Assembly: GCF_002571385.2 (NCBI RefSeq)
Contig: NW_019217919.1
Location: 230,265-294,264, forward strand
Length of the DNA: 64,000 nt
Reading direction: 5' to 3'
From: Stylophora pistillata
Taxonomy: Eukaryota
Of the stretch, positions 23,766-39,300 are shown piece by piece. Made by a program: the position numbers and the translations under genes. Position 1 is the first letter of the stretch; each line of letters opens with the position of its first letter. The notes under the pieces are model-generated. The model searched no databases. It was not told the DNA's origin and saw only the letters and a program-made list of their open reading frames with translations.

Positions 23766-25676
23766 TTCGCTTTGTAGTTGTAAAAAAGACAATGAAAAGG
23801 ATGGTTCCCTACTTTTCGTTTGCCATATGATAAGCAGAGGAGTCCATCGATCATTTCTACAAGTGCAAGAGTGTTGTCTGAAGGGGTTGTAAGTGCGTAG
23901 AAAGAATGGGTTTTCAAAATATATCAAGAGTCTCGTTATAAATAATGTTGTTGATAAATCTAGAATCTAAAGGCTTTTGAAACTCTGAGATTCAGATTAA
24001 GTTTTCGAAAACAACCAAAGTTCCGAGAAAAAGCCAATCCGGAAAATAGTTAGAGCTAGTATACAGGCGCCTTTGATATAACATGGACAGAAATAGCATT
24101 TTCAATGAACGGTTCTTCTCCTGAAATAAAAACAATGTGTTTTCGCCCATAGATACCGTCTCACCTGGAAACATGAAATTATTCATAGTTGCAGCGAAAA
24201 TTTTTGTTGGTAACTGACCGTGAAAACGTTTCATTTAAACTAACATTTACCGAACTTACTGGGTTCCCCAAGAATATCAGCTCTCATAGTGGACCATTGA
24301 TTGTTTGCGATGCAACATTACATCTGTCATGTACAGCTGATATGATTTAGTATAAAACCATAGTATAATAGCTTTTACAGCAGAAAGACAAAAACTTGGG
24401 AGGGGTGGATTTTCTTTCTGACGGTGGGTCTTCAACATATTAGTAATCATGGTTCGATTCTTTTGTTTTCATCACTCTAATAAAGAAAAGCAATCTGATA
24501 AACACAATAGAACTTTATTTTTTTTTTAAACAAATACCATCTGGTCCTCTGGCGAAATGATCCCATAAAATGAAAGAGACTTGGTCGGTGTTCTTGAGAT
24601 CTCTGAAACTTCGAATTTGACGTAATAATAAGATTCCTCATCATCGTTTGTTAGTTTGTTCGTTTGTTCTGATCCCTACTAGACCTGCATGGCGTAGTGA
24701 TTCCATTAGATCAAAGAGACCCAGCCGAATTCTAGAAATTTCACAAACTTTAGCCTTCAGGGTGCTAACTAAATAGTTACGATGAAATTTTTCAAAACGA
24801 TTATTTATCTTAAGTGTTACTATACTCACGGTTTCATTTTCGATTCAACGAAAAATTAAAGCGACGACTTCCTTCTGAATATCGCGGACTCTTTCTCTGG
24901 CAGAGGTGGGAAAGGACGTTGTTCCACTTTATCACCTTGACATGACAAAAAACAAAACTCAGGCAAAACCTTCCTAGGACGCAATGTCAAAAACGTTCCT
25001 TTTGTCTTGCGCTTGCAAAGCTGGTATGATGTCAACACCTTTGTCCTCTATTGAGAGAAAAATAGATAATTGAATCCAGAAAAAGAAACAACCTAATTGT
25101 TTTAAACGTGAGGGTGAATAACCAATATGTATGGCCGCACAAATAACTGAGACTCCATGCGATTGGCAAAAGTGATAAATGGCAACTTGATTAAGGGGAT
25201 ATGCGAGTGGTACGACACTAACAAATGAACTGATAGTTCTGCGAAATGGCCGATGTTGAGATAGTCGATAATACGCCTAATGCAATGGCTCATTTTCCTA
25301 TTTTAATACTGCTCGTATAAACAGAGCGGATTTCCTTCTTAAGACAATCTAATCGTAAGTGTAGCTCGAGCGTGAATGTAATGACAGCTCAGTGATGTTT
25401 CGACTAGAAACGTTTCTTGTCAGTTTTTGCAGAGAGGAGAAAAATGTGTTCTTCCCGGCTGATTTGGTAAATATTGGCCTTGTCAAGAATTCCCTAGTGG
25501 GAGTCGCGGTGGCCCTACGTCTAGTAACCTAGACGCCAGATCGGAACGCTAGTTCATCGCGGGCGATACCCAGAGCACCGAATATATTGCACTTAAACTA
25601 AGTCATTTATTCGGCCAGAATATTAACTCTTATTGTAACGCTGGCGATGCTCGTGGGCAATATGTAGCGAATCCTC

Positions 25677-25709
<33 letters not shown>

Positions 25710-26974
25710 GCCGTCATGCCCGCTCGAGTTTTCCCGCTTTGATCCTGCGTTAAAAGAAATGCTTGGAGTGGACTTCCAAAGTTCTTAACTTTTGGACAAA
25801 GTCAGCGATGGAGTCGCAAAAAGCGGCAGAAGAAGGTCAAAACAAAGAAAATATATACGACTCTGGTGGGCTTTTCTCCTGCTGGTACAAAAACACAGTT
25901 GGCTTTCTTTCCCGGTTATCGATCTTGATTCTTGATAAACCGAAATATTTCTGCTGTATAATAAATCCTTTATTTACCTCGTTTTTTGTGTTTTCATGGA
26001 CCTCGAGTTCATCTCGGTAATTCTACAATAACACAACTCTTTTATGCAGTTGATATTAACTAGAATAAACTTGACTTGGATGGAATAGTTTTAACGGCTT
26101 GAACACGAAAAGAAGAAAAGTTCCTTTTCTTTCCGACAGTGGGTCTTAAATACATTAGTCATCGAAATTCGTCTTTACTATCATTGCCGTTTAGGAAAAA
26201 AAGCATTGTGATTATTAGATAAATACTTTAAAGTGGATGCCATCTATTCGTCTGTCTCTTATGGGGAGAAGTCTTTTCAAAAGATCTCTCAAACTCCAAA
26301 TGTCACTTGAATGGATATCTTATTTCTGCATCATTTACTTAAAAGTGGATAAACAAATCAACAAAAACAAAAAAGAAGACAAGACAGTAGCGTGCGAAAG
26401 GCTTTATAGATAATTATGAGCGAGTAATATTACGAAATAAATGACGTGGCCATTATTTGTTCTAGAAATCCCAAGAACTTGGCCTGTTCGAGGCTAACTA
26501 GATCGGCGGTAAGACAAAAAAATGTTTTCCCTCTGAAGATCACGGTTTTATTTTTTCTTTCGGTTTAATTTTTGAAGGAAGCTGTTTCAGAAAGCAGGAG
26601 GCAGCTTTTAATTGTTAGGGGAAGATCGTCTTCCTGTCAACGCTTTAAAATTACTTATGCAATAGGCAATGGTCCAACAAAAGTGTTAAGAGTAAGTGAG
26701 TGTTTTGTAAATGAGGTTTAAGATAGCTCAATGAAAGTGCTGACAGCCGCTTATTGTTCTCGTTGTATCGTAGGTCATTGCTTAGACTTTTGACACTAGG
26801 CGTGTAATTTCTGAATTTATTTATGGTCGACATGGCAGGAAATCTAAGTTACATTTCTTTAAAACAACTTTTGATTGGATAATTGGGACACAATATTGTC
26901 GATTGTTTGTAGTTTGAACTCGTGCGGGACCTCTTCTTTTATGCCTAACTGAAGTGTCTTTGAATCTGTAACTT

Positions 26975-27335
26975 CGATTTACACTCAAGATTTAAACTCA
27001 ATATCTATATTAAGATTTACGCTTAAAAATTACTCTCAAGATTTAGACTTAACATTTACAATCAAGAATTACACTCGAGATTTACACTCGATATTTACGC
27101 GCGAGATTTACGCTCGACATTTACACTCGAGATTTACACTCGAGAATTACACTCGAGATTTACACTCGAGATTTTACACTTGAGATTTACGCACGAGATT
27201 ACACTCGACATTTACACTCGACATTTACACTCGACATTTACACTCGAGATTTACACTCGAGATTTACACTCGAGATTTACACTCGAGATTTACACTCGAG
27301 ATTTACACTCAAGATTTAGACTCGAGATTCACACT
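26975..27335. repeat. 13-bp minisatellite (ATTTACACTCGAG)n, ~27 units
   Basis: Tandem units are directly visible, degenerate on the left and near-perfect at 27230-27310. Confidence 0.93.
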
Positions 27336-28179
27336 AGACCACTACCTCTTGAGATTTGTTTAAAATTTGACTATCTTGAAGTAGTCATTGAGAACTATTC
27401 ATTTATTTGCATTATCGTCTCGCCTGAGTTGATGAATATCAGCTTTGTTACAGAAGGGAGAAGCAGTGGTTGAGGTGTTGGTCAGTTCATTGTGTTGCGT
27501 GCGTAGGGAATATTCTTTTCCTCAGTGTCTTGCTCCACTCAAGTCATGGGTAGCGACAAACCGTAACTAAATTATGGCGAAATTTTTGAAGGGTAAACTG
27601 GCTTACAATGGAGTGGCATCGCATCCGTGGGAGGCTTTTAATGTTTCTACTTATTCAATGCTAGCTCTTAAAAATCATAAAAAACTCCCGAAAGGCTGGC
27701 TCTGCTGCTAGTGGTTAAGCAGCATAGTAGTTCTAACTTAGGCACCTTGGGTATCAAAGAATAAACAAAATCCTTTTCTGTTCCCTTTTTCCAGCAACAA
27801 AGAAGGAGCGCACTTGTGGGGAAGAAGTGGAAGAGACTTAATTTCGAATTTAACATTTATCAAGCTCTCTGATTGAGGTGACCTTTATTGACCTGGGGTT
27901 CAACGGAAAAACAGCAGCAATTCAGTCGCAATTGGTGCCCACATTCGTATTACAAGAATTTTCATTTGAATAATTGTTGTGTTGAATACATACCGAGTAA
28001 ATATGGAACCCGAATTGTTTAGTTTTAAATCGAGAGAACGAATCAGGTCCACATGGTGTGTTGCACTAAAGAAACCAGCAAGAAATAATCTCAAATGGCA
28101 GACATAAAACAATCACCTTTATTCCCACCAAATCTAAGCTACACTGAATTATTGGTTGCTTTGTTAATCTTTCAAAAAT

Positions 28180-30065
<1,886 letters not shown>

Positions 30066-30433
30066 CTTATTGACAATTGGTCAAATGCCAAGCCAAGGCT
30101 TGAGATTAATTTCCAAGAAAACTTCCATTTTGCAAGATGGCATGCTCGAAGGTAAAAGGTGTAAAAAAATTTGTCAAGTTGAGATCTTTAAAAATGCAAT
30201 TACCCTCAGTGTAAGACTTTACGAAGTGTGAAGAGATTGAAAGAAGTTGCTCAACGAACGTTTACTAGGTTTGATCAATAGAATATAAACTGTTTGTAAT
30301 CTCTTGGTTTGATATGGATGCCTAAACCAGACTACCCGATCATCTCACTCCACAATTTCGAATGAAGACTTACACTTAGTGAAATTCTGCTAATTAGCTA
30401 ACATAGGTAATGCACAGAAACACTATAGTCTCA

Positions 30434-30613
<180 letters not shown>

Positions 30614-31369
30614 TCACGAGAGTCAACTGAATTTTCTTGTTTTTTCACTAAGTAAGTTCGAGCGAAGCGAGGCACATAAGTAAAAAATAGAAAAACATCT
30701 TCATCTGACAGAAATGGTAATATGTATGGTACAATCATAAGTTTTACAAAGTAATTTATGTGAACTCGAATTTGTAGGAAAAAAATTTAAAAGAAAAAAT
30801 GAATATAAGGGAAGTCAGAATTCTTCAAAGGCAACTTCCCTGAAATCAAACGGTGTTTTTAATACCAGGCACTGTTTAAAAAGCCGGACGAAGCAATGGC
30901 TCACCAATAGTGATTCTTTTAAACTATGGAAACTGTTAAACAGTAACACAGACATCTTCTACATCCTGCAACTGACTTTGATTGCTTTATTCAGCTCTGT
31001 AAACTTTGAAAGAGTTTAAGAATCAAAACTGAACATTTTAGTGTTATAGGTGTATACTTTAATGGCTTGTATTGTTTTCTAGTTATCTTAGTTTGAAGGC
31101 TGATTGTTGGCTTTCAAAAAAGATATTGAACTATAATATTTACAATTATAAAATAAAGCTTAAGACAACAAGTATGGAAATTTTTAGTTTTCCGCCTTGT
31201 ACCCCTATATTTTTGGGACGCTTGTAGCAATTTATTAGGCAGGCGTAGTTGATCCTCAGACTGACTTTGTTAACGCTCTCGTCGCATGTTGTGATATTAA
31301 TCTTCAAATAATTGGGATATTGCCTTTTGACCCCTTTTTCGACTGGGAGATCGTTTTTGGACGGGAGAT

Positions 31370-32230
31370 TACGACACTGAAGATTGCTGCAATGGAGGCT
31401 TGTATACGAGATGTACGGGAGTGGATGATCAAAGATAAGCTCAACATCAACGACGAAAAGTCTGAGTTTATTCTTCTTTGCACTCGAGCGCCAAACTTGT
31501 ACAGCAGGTTTCCTTTACCTCCATAATATAAGCAGGATAAGAAAATTCTTAACTCAAGAAATCACGGAGAATTTGATACGTGCGTTCGTTATGAGCCGCA
31601 TCGACTATTGTAATTCTCTACCGTATGGATTACCTAATTGTCTTGTATCTAAAATGCAATGCGTTCAAAATGCTGCCACAAGACTGGTACATAGAGCACC
31701 CAGATATTGTCACATTACCCCATTGTTAACAGAACTTCATTGGTTAAATGCTAAACATAGAACTGACTTTAAGATAATCCTTATAACCTGTAAGGCTATT
31801 CATGGAACAGCACCAGAATATATTAAGAAGTTAGTCTCCCTTCAACAGAACTCCCAGCATGGACTACCTTCTGATAACATTATGCTACTAACACCATTAG
31901 CTAAAAAAACCTTGCCAACTCTTGGTGACCTTGCATTTACTGCTGCTGCCACTCGTCTCTGGAACTCCTTGCCAACAGAGATAAGAGAGGAGCAGAGTCT
32001 TAATACTCTCAAGAAATAGCTCAAGACTCATCTTTTTAGGATCGCATATTTAAATTAGAATTTATATTTTACAACTTTTATTAACTTTTTATAACTTTTA
32101 GCCCATCACATAGTTTGTATTTATTTGTTTTTAGATTTTTAAGATTGTAAAGCGCTTTTGAAAACGTATATTGAATGTGTATATGCTTTTGAAAACGTAT
32201 GTTGAATGTAAATAAACATAATATTATATT
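31370..32230 (+). mobile_element. 5'-truncated L2/CR1-group LINE 3' end
   Basis: VREWMIKDKLNINDEKSEFI, SRIDYCNSL.YGLP, VQNAATRLV, HITPLLTELHWL, RLWNSLP and LKTHLF, with stops and deletions and an AT-rich tail. Confidence 0.9.
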
Positions 32231-33329
32231 CACGTATGATGCACGATCCTCGCAGTAGAGATACGATGAATATATGAAGTTCGTATATTTTGAACTGCGG
32301 TTATAGATATGTATATCTATATAGCTATACCGCATATTATTAAAAACTAGATCATTGGATAATGCGATAGCGAAATTCGTACCCAACCTCCCAATGAATG
32401 TTGAATCCTCACGGCGCGTACACGGCGCGGAGAATCACCAAGAATAACATCTGGGTACGAGTTAGCAGTTTGCTAAAATAATATCCCATAATAATAATCA
32501 CGCTTCACCTCGCGGTTGAACGGATTTGTCGCGGATCTGTGTCGGTCGTCGTAGATTCCTTCTATATTAATCTGTGAATTCATTTTTATTATAGATGGTT
32601 TGACCATTACGTAGTTTTCCTTTTCTTCCTGAACGATCAGACGAAGGGAAGAACCCAAATATTTTGACGTTGCTCTGAAAAAAGGTAAATACTGTCATAG
32701 TTTCGAATTGCGCGTGGTGACTGGAAGTTGTTCAAGCACGTTAATCGAACGACTTATCTAATGGACGCACTGCAGTGAAACGTAATTTAGTTGTTTGATA
32801 TGGTTACAGAAAAGCTTTTCGTGCTTGTTCAACATTTAGGCTGTTTCTGAAAGGGGGAAGACTTTCGGAAACGTCAACACTGCATTGATCTGGCATCTGC
32901 GAATAGATTGGCTTCGAACACAGGTCAGGTGTTTTTTTGATCCCGTTAAAGTTGTCTGTGATTTTTCCTTGGCTGACTAATCCTTGGCTATTATTAAAGG
33001 AATTTTGGTAGTCTACATTTTTGGACTTTCTGTTGGGTGATTTTCTCCACAGCAAGTTTTTTTTCGAAGTGCATTCGAGAGTATTATCATGGCTTGTTCA
33101 TTGCTGGAAATTAAAAAAAAAATCTGGTATCATCAGACAAAAACTGCTATTCCTTGACAAAACAAAGATGATGATTATGGTTTTCGTGCCTGAAGGCTTT
33201 TTCATCTAACCTTGGAAGTCCAAAAGTATGATTTTGCATCGGCAAAGTTCAACATTCTGAGTTTTTTTATTTCTTTTTTCTGTTGTCTTGTTGGTAACAA
33301 GTGTTTTTTTAATTTCCAGTAAAAACAGC

Positions 33330-36300
33330 ATGAACTCTGATCTAAAAGTGGCTCCTAATGATATGAAAGACACAAGGTTCCGTGATAATCGTAAGGGATC
33401 CCCTGAGCGATGGGGCAAGCCAGGGAGACGTGAAAATACTCCACCTAAGGAGACCAACAGAAGTGACCCGCACTCTATTAGGTGTCGTGTTTTCATCGGT
33501 AACCTTCAGATGAGCCGCAAGGAGCTTGAAGATATTTTTGTTCAGTATGGCAAAGTAGTGGGATGCTCAGTTCATAATAACTATGGTTTTGTACAATTTG
33601 AAGATGAAAAGGCAGCTGATGCTGCAGTTGCAAAAGAAAATGGCCAAGTTTATTGTGGCAAACGAGTAGGTGAGTCAGTGAGAAGAAGATGCAGCAAGGA
33701 CAGAGTGTATAGCAGTTTGGAATGGGGTCAGATGTTGCAGAGGAGCCTTAGACCAAAATTCAATATAATGTTGAATTTTTTTTTTTTTTGTCGCACAGTT
33801 ATTTCAATGGCCAAATCTTAGTGGGATTTTGCATAATGAAAAGTAAAACTTTGTCAAAAACGTCTCAAACAGCCTAGGTCTGGTGAAAAGGGTATGTTGA
33901 TCTTAGTTTCCTATGTTACCTTGGTGTATTTCCAAGAGATTCTTGGTGATGTTTATGCATTTTTTAAATTGTAGATGTCAACTTAGCTGGTGACAGAAGA
34001 AAAGAAAAGATGGACGAGAGACCACGTGACAGAGACTCGCGACCACCCTTTGCCTTCAACAGGCGAGAACGAGAATTTGAGCGGGAAGGAAACAGACCAT
34101 TTAGGAAATCTCCCCCACGTGATAGACCAAGATTTGAAGATTATGATCGCTTCCCATCACGGTTTGAGCCACCTCCTTTTGATCGGCGGGGGAGGTCTCC
34201 ATCTCCACCTCGGAGAATGGAAGACCGTCCTTATGGTGGTGGTAGAAATGATGATTTCTACATGCGAGACAGATACAGGAATGAACCTACTCCCAGGGAG
34301 CCATACCCACGGCATGGGTTTGATCACAGAGGTGATCCATACGACAGAGATAGGAGGGATCCATATGATTCTCCAAGGGGCCCATACCCAGACAGAAGGG
34401 ATGATCGGTTTGATCGGTATGACTCCTATGGAAGGGATGGCCGTGAGAGCCGAGATTACCCTCGACCTGGAGATTATCCAGGTCCAGCAAAGAGGCCAAG
34501 AATGGATTATGATGGTCCTGATGATATTTACAGTAGCAGCAAAACTATTGAGGCTCCAACTGACTGTGTTATAGTAGTCATGAACAAACAACAAAGGTAT
34601 TTGCTGGCAAGTGCCATTTCATTTTCAGTTAGTTGTTGACATTTTTTTTAGTGAAGAACTGGGCTTTTTCAGAAAAGATTAGTTTTTGATTTTCATTTTG
34701 TTCTCAAGAAAGGTGAGATATGTGGGAGCTGTATTGAGCACACCATTTTGCTGTTGTTGGTGTTATGATGACCTTCAACTTTCGCAGGTGTGCGAGATCA
34801 ACTTGTGAGCTTATTAGCAGCGGTGGAAACAATAAAATCCACAGTTGTCAGTCGTCTCTCAAACATCTTGAATTATACACTTTGAAGGAAATAACTGAAT
34901 ATTATAGCATGGATGAGAAAACAAGCATGTTTTTTTTCTCAAAAGTTCCTGGATCATATTAGGTCCAGAGGCCTTATTTTTAAGTCTCTGAGAAACTTTG
35001 TTTCTTAAAAATTAATCCTTCCAATATTCTTAAAAAAGAGAAACTTTTTTGCCCTTCTTGTTTGCTCTTGGAAAGCTTTGCTGAAATTTCTCTGCAAGAA
35101 AATAATTTCTGTTGAGTCTGTTTAATGCAAATTGTAAAGATGTCTTTTTTGGCAAAAGTATACCGGTGCTCTGAAGGGATCTTTTGTTTTATATGGATAG
35201 ATTTCCCTACTTGGTAAGGAGATTTTTGGTTTAAGCCCCACCCTGTTAGGAATCACAGCTGACCTCGGCAAATTCCTTTTAATGCAAAGGCTTTTGACAC
35301 CTCTGTCATTCAGAATTTTTATTGATGTGGTTATGTAATTTTTGGAAGTCCAGAATTTGCCCAAATTCATTTACAAGTACGTTCTTTGTCTTCTATGCAG
35401 AGGCTATGCAGAGCTGGTTCAAAGAAGACTGAAGTCTGTTGGACTGGTGGTAGATCTGCACTTTCATGGAACTCAACCAATTGTGGAACTCTTGGATGAT
35501 GTGGCTCGGCGTGGCGTGTTGTATGCAATAGTGATTACCAGCCAACATGAGGTGCATCGCTCAGTGACCGTCAACATTCTGCATGGATCACCCCAAGGTA
35601 AAGATGAAACACCCCTTGCAGGGAAAACAACACATGCTGGTAAGGGGTTCATGGGGGAGAGGACAAGAGTATTGAAAGTTCAATCATAATGACAAAGCCT
35701 GTCAATGAAATGAAAATGTCTTAACTACGTAATTTTCAGGGAATTCAGTAATTCAAAACATTATGCTTCCGCATTCAGATAGCAAGCTCTTTATGAAGCA
35801 GGGCTTACCATGCACTCATTGAGAACAAAAATGTTAGTTATTATGTTTATTCTAAATCTCCCAGCTTCAATGAATACAATTGAAGATTGGTTTTTCTTAG
35901 GTAAAAATGCTGTGCTATTTAAAGCATTTAAAAACTATTATGGGCCTTCAAAAACATATATTTTGTGTTGAATTGCTACACATACCCTGCCTAAATGAAT
36001 AACAACACTAAAGTATAGGTGGCATCATCATGACAGCATTGTCATTATGCCCTGTGTTTTAGCTAAGGGTTTTGGTTTGGGAATATGTGACTAGAGGGTT
36101 TATAATCAGCTGGCTCATCGGAGTGTTTACATGCAAATCAGTTTGTCGACAACAAGTTGGATTCAAATGTCATCCTAGCCCACAACAGGATGATTGTTGG
36201 CCACCATGCATGCGTATCAGACAGAAGGTATGGTATAAACCCTGGGTCAAGGTGATACATCACATATAAATATGCTTACTTGAACTTAGAACCACATTAG

Positions 36301-39300
36301 GATTTTTTTGGCTGAGTTTGGATCTTTTGTAAACCCAGGCGTGAATGGTTTCTTAAATTTTTATGTTCTTTTATCTTTCTCTTTTTCTTGAAAATGAAAC
36401 ATGCTCTCTTTGTTACAATTTTAATTTTAATATCTAATTTAGCTATCAGTCAGTGGATGATCCTTGTACACTGAACACACAGAGCTTACAACCATTGTGA
36501 TGCACGTTGTGTGAATTGTAATTGCTTTGTTATTTCCTATATATATTTGTTCATCATTTATTTCTCATACAATTAATGATACAACAATGCAATTTATGTA
36601 GCCAGGACACTGTACCTAAAAGACAGCTATGATTGTCTCAATACTATAAAATAGTGCAAATGAAGGGTAACTGGCTGCCTGAAGTCACCTTATTAGTTAA
36701 AAATGCAAGGTTGTCATTTAATTATTTAATTTTGCTGTTCGGGAAAAAAAACTCTAAAAATTGCTTGTCGCATTAGTATTAATCCTATTATTCACTCCAC
36801 TACCACCACCACTCATACTTTTACTCTTATTAAATTCGATTATATTATTAGAAGTATTATTTTATTGATAGGGACTGTCTGAATGCTATAGTCTACATGT
36901 ACGTTCTCTTGACATTCTATTGTTAATTTTTTCTTCATTGTGATAACTTATCTGCACATGTCCTGCTCTCTTCTTTTTGTCCAATTCTTGTCATCTGATC
37001 AAAAGAATGTAAAATATTTATGTTTGACAATAGCAAGATGATTATAGGTTAATTATAAAACAAAATTTGCAACAAACATATCTCAAGGAAGTCTTTCCTG
37101 TTCTCTTTTGAATTGATCTTTTTATAATGAACTGAAAATTGCAAGCTGCAGACATTGCCTCTTAATTACTGTAACTGTCATGTATGAGCAAGGAAAGGAA
37201 AACAATACTCAAGCTTAACATATTCCAAAAGAAATAGGAGTGGTTACATATTTCAACAAAATAAAACTTATAAGATGTACCACTTTGTCTCAGCATCCTG
37301 TGTTACAGTAAATATAGCAAAACCAAGAAATAGCTTTAAACTCAACTTTATATCTTCAAGATTGAACACCATTAAGTTTTCCACATGTTATAGGGGTGTA
37401 TTTTTTTTTTGTGGAATCTCTTTTCAAATGAGTGCCATAAAGCAGGTAGTTTAAAGAGCTTCTCTAAGAAATGACTTGCACTTAACTTATCATTACAGCA
37501 TGTTTTTAGCTAACTAGTGTTGTTAATTGGTCAAATTATTAATCATGATTGGTTATTATAGTGGAGCTCGCAGTGCATGCAGCGAAGCCCCATATTTATA
37601 CAAAATGGTAGTAGTGACCCATCAAGCCACAAAAATTTGGACTTTTGACCGTACAGGAGTCCGTACAAGGTGCTACTTTTAGCATGCATGGTTAACTGTA
37701 CCACAGGTACACTAACACCGTGGCTTTGTCCAGTAGTTCAGTGGTCAGTGCACTTGGTTCTGAGGCGGACCCAGGTTTGAGTACTGGCCAGGGCAAGGCG
37801 TTGTTGTTGTGTTTGTTTTTGTTTCTTTTAAGCATTTTCTTATGTTTAAATACAAAATAGAAATTAAGAAAAAAATAGGAAAATAATAAAAAAAGAGAAA
37901 AACACACACACACACACCCTTATATAGTACAAATAGAAGTATACTAAGCTAAAACACACACACAAAACTATTACAGCAGTACAGTTACCCAGTATATAAT
38001 GCAAGGCGTTGTGCCCTTGAGACATGCAGGAAAAAAGAAATGCGAGCTCCGCTTTTAGGCTTGGCTAAATCTATATATTATTGATCAGACAGAATCCTGT
38101 TATGAATTGTTATAAATTGTACACACACACACACTACGTATAGGTTTTATAAATAATATTTATAATAACATTACCCACAAACTACTAAGCTTAACTTTCT
38201 ATTGTGTTTGAATACGGGTAAAAGGTTTTACTTTCATCTTCAATAATGTGGCATGCATACATACAATAGAGGGTTATCAAACTTTTCTGGAAGCAGGGTT
38301 TATGCTCAAGATACCTGATGAACAGAGATTCTTCACTTAACAACCTGTTTAGAGATGTGTAGAATGTTGTTTGACTTCTCCTGTATTATTTGGAGTGAAC
38401 TATGTTGTCCCTCAACTTAACTGTTATTCTTTCATCATGGTGCTGGATATGTACAAGTGCAAGTGGTTATGATAACTTTGGTGTTTGTCAGATGCACTAG
38501 AAACAATTCTTTTACTAGGAAAACAACCCCCGCCCCCCCCCCCAAGTATCTCTTAAATGGCCTCTTAATTTTCTCCCCTTTTTCTGTTTTCAACCTAATA
38601 AACCATTGATCATTTTTGAACTTTTGTATTTTGTAATGGTTCATGGTGAAAACAAAAAAGCAAGTACCAACCATATTATTGTAATTACTCTTCTAATCAG
38701 AGATGGCACTGACTACTTTGTCACTAAATAAGGGTTCACTCATGTGGTAAACTGAAATACCTTGTGGGATAATTTTTTCTTGTTTTGCTCTAATTTTGTA
38801 AATATGACAAGTGTTGGTCTCTTTTCAGTTGGTACAATTGCCATCTTATTTCAAGTTACTTGAGTAACACTTTGGTACTTTATAGAGTGTAATCTTTACT
38901 ATACAGACCCTTTGTTCTTATTATTGTTCTATAACTGTACTTATGATTTAGTTTACTTGGTTTCAGTGGAAGAAACTTAGAGACCACCTCTCTCTTAAAC
39001 CAACTTGTATCACCCCTCCTAAACCATCTACAGAATATCTTTCTCTCTTTCTCATTGCACTTAAATTAATTTAGTTATTCATTGTAACAATGATACTCGG
39101 GGTAAGTTGTACTTGTTTGTCAAATGACAAAGTCATGCACACAGAGATCTGCTTTGTAAATAGTCTTTATATAATATTTATTCACAGTGAAGTTGTGATG
39201 TTCCTAAAATGTAGAATCTTTAACTGACTGAGAAGTTGTTTATTTAACCAAAATATAGAATTCAACTTTCTGAAAATTGTGGACAAAAATCCAGAGATTT

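Noticed and set aside
23046-23892. Twin ORFs MSEPDRKRVRK..
   Set aside because: TTG starts, no recognisable domain, and explained by the 535-bp duplication.
26975-27335. CRISPR-like array / ORF 27180-27473
   Set aside because: Contiguous 13-bp units with no unique spacers in a eukaryotic context; the ORF is a by-product of the repeat.
33990-34594. Overlapping alternative-frame and antisense ORFs in the NCOA5 RD-rich exon
   Set aside because: Expected shadows of low-complexity coding sequence; only one frame fits the splice phases.
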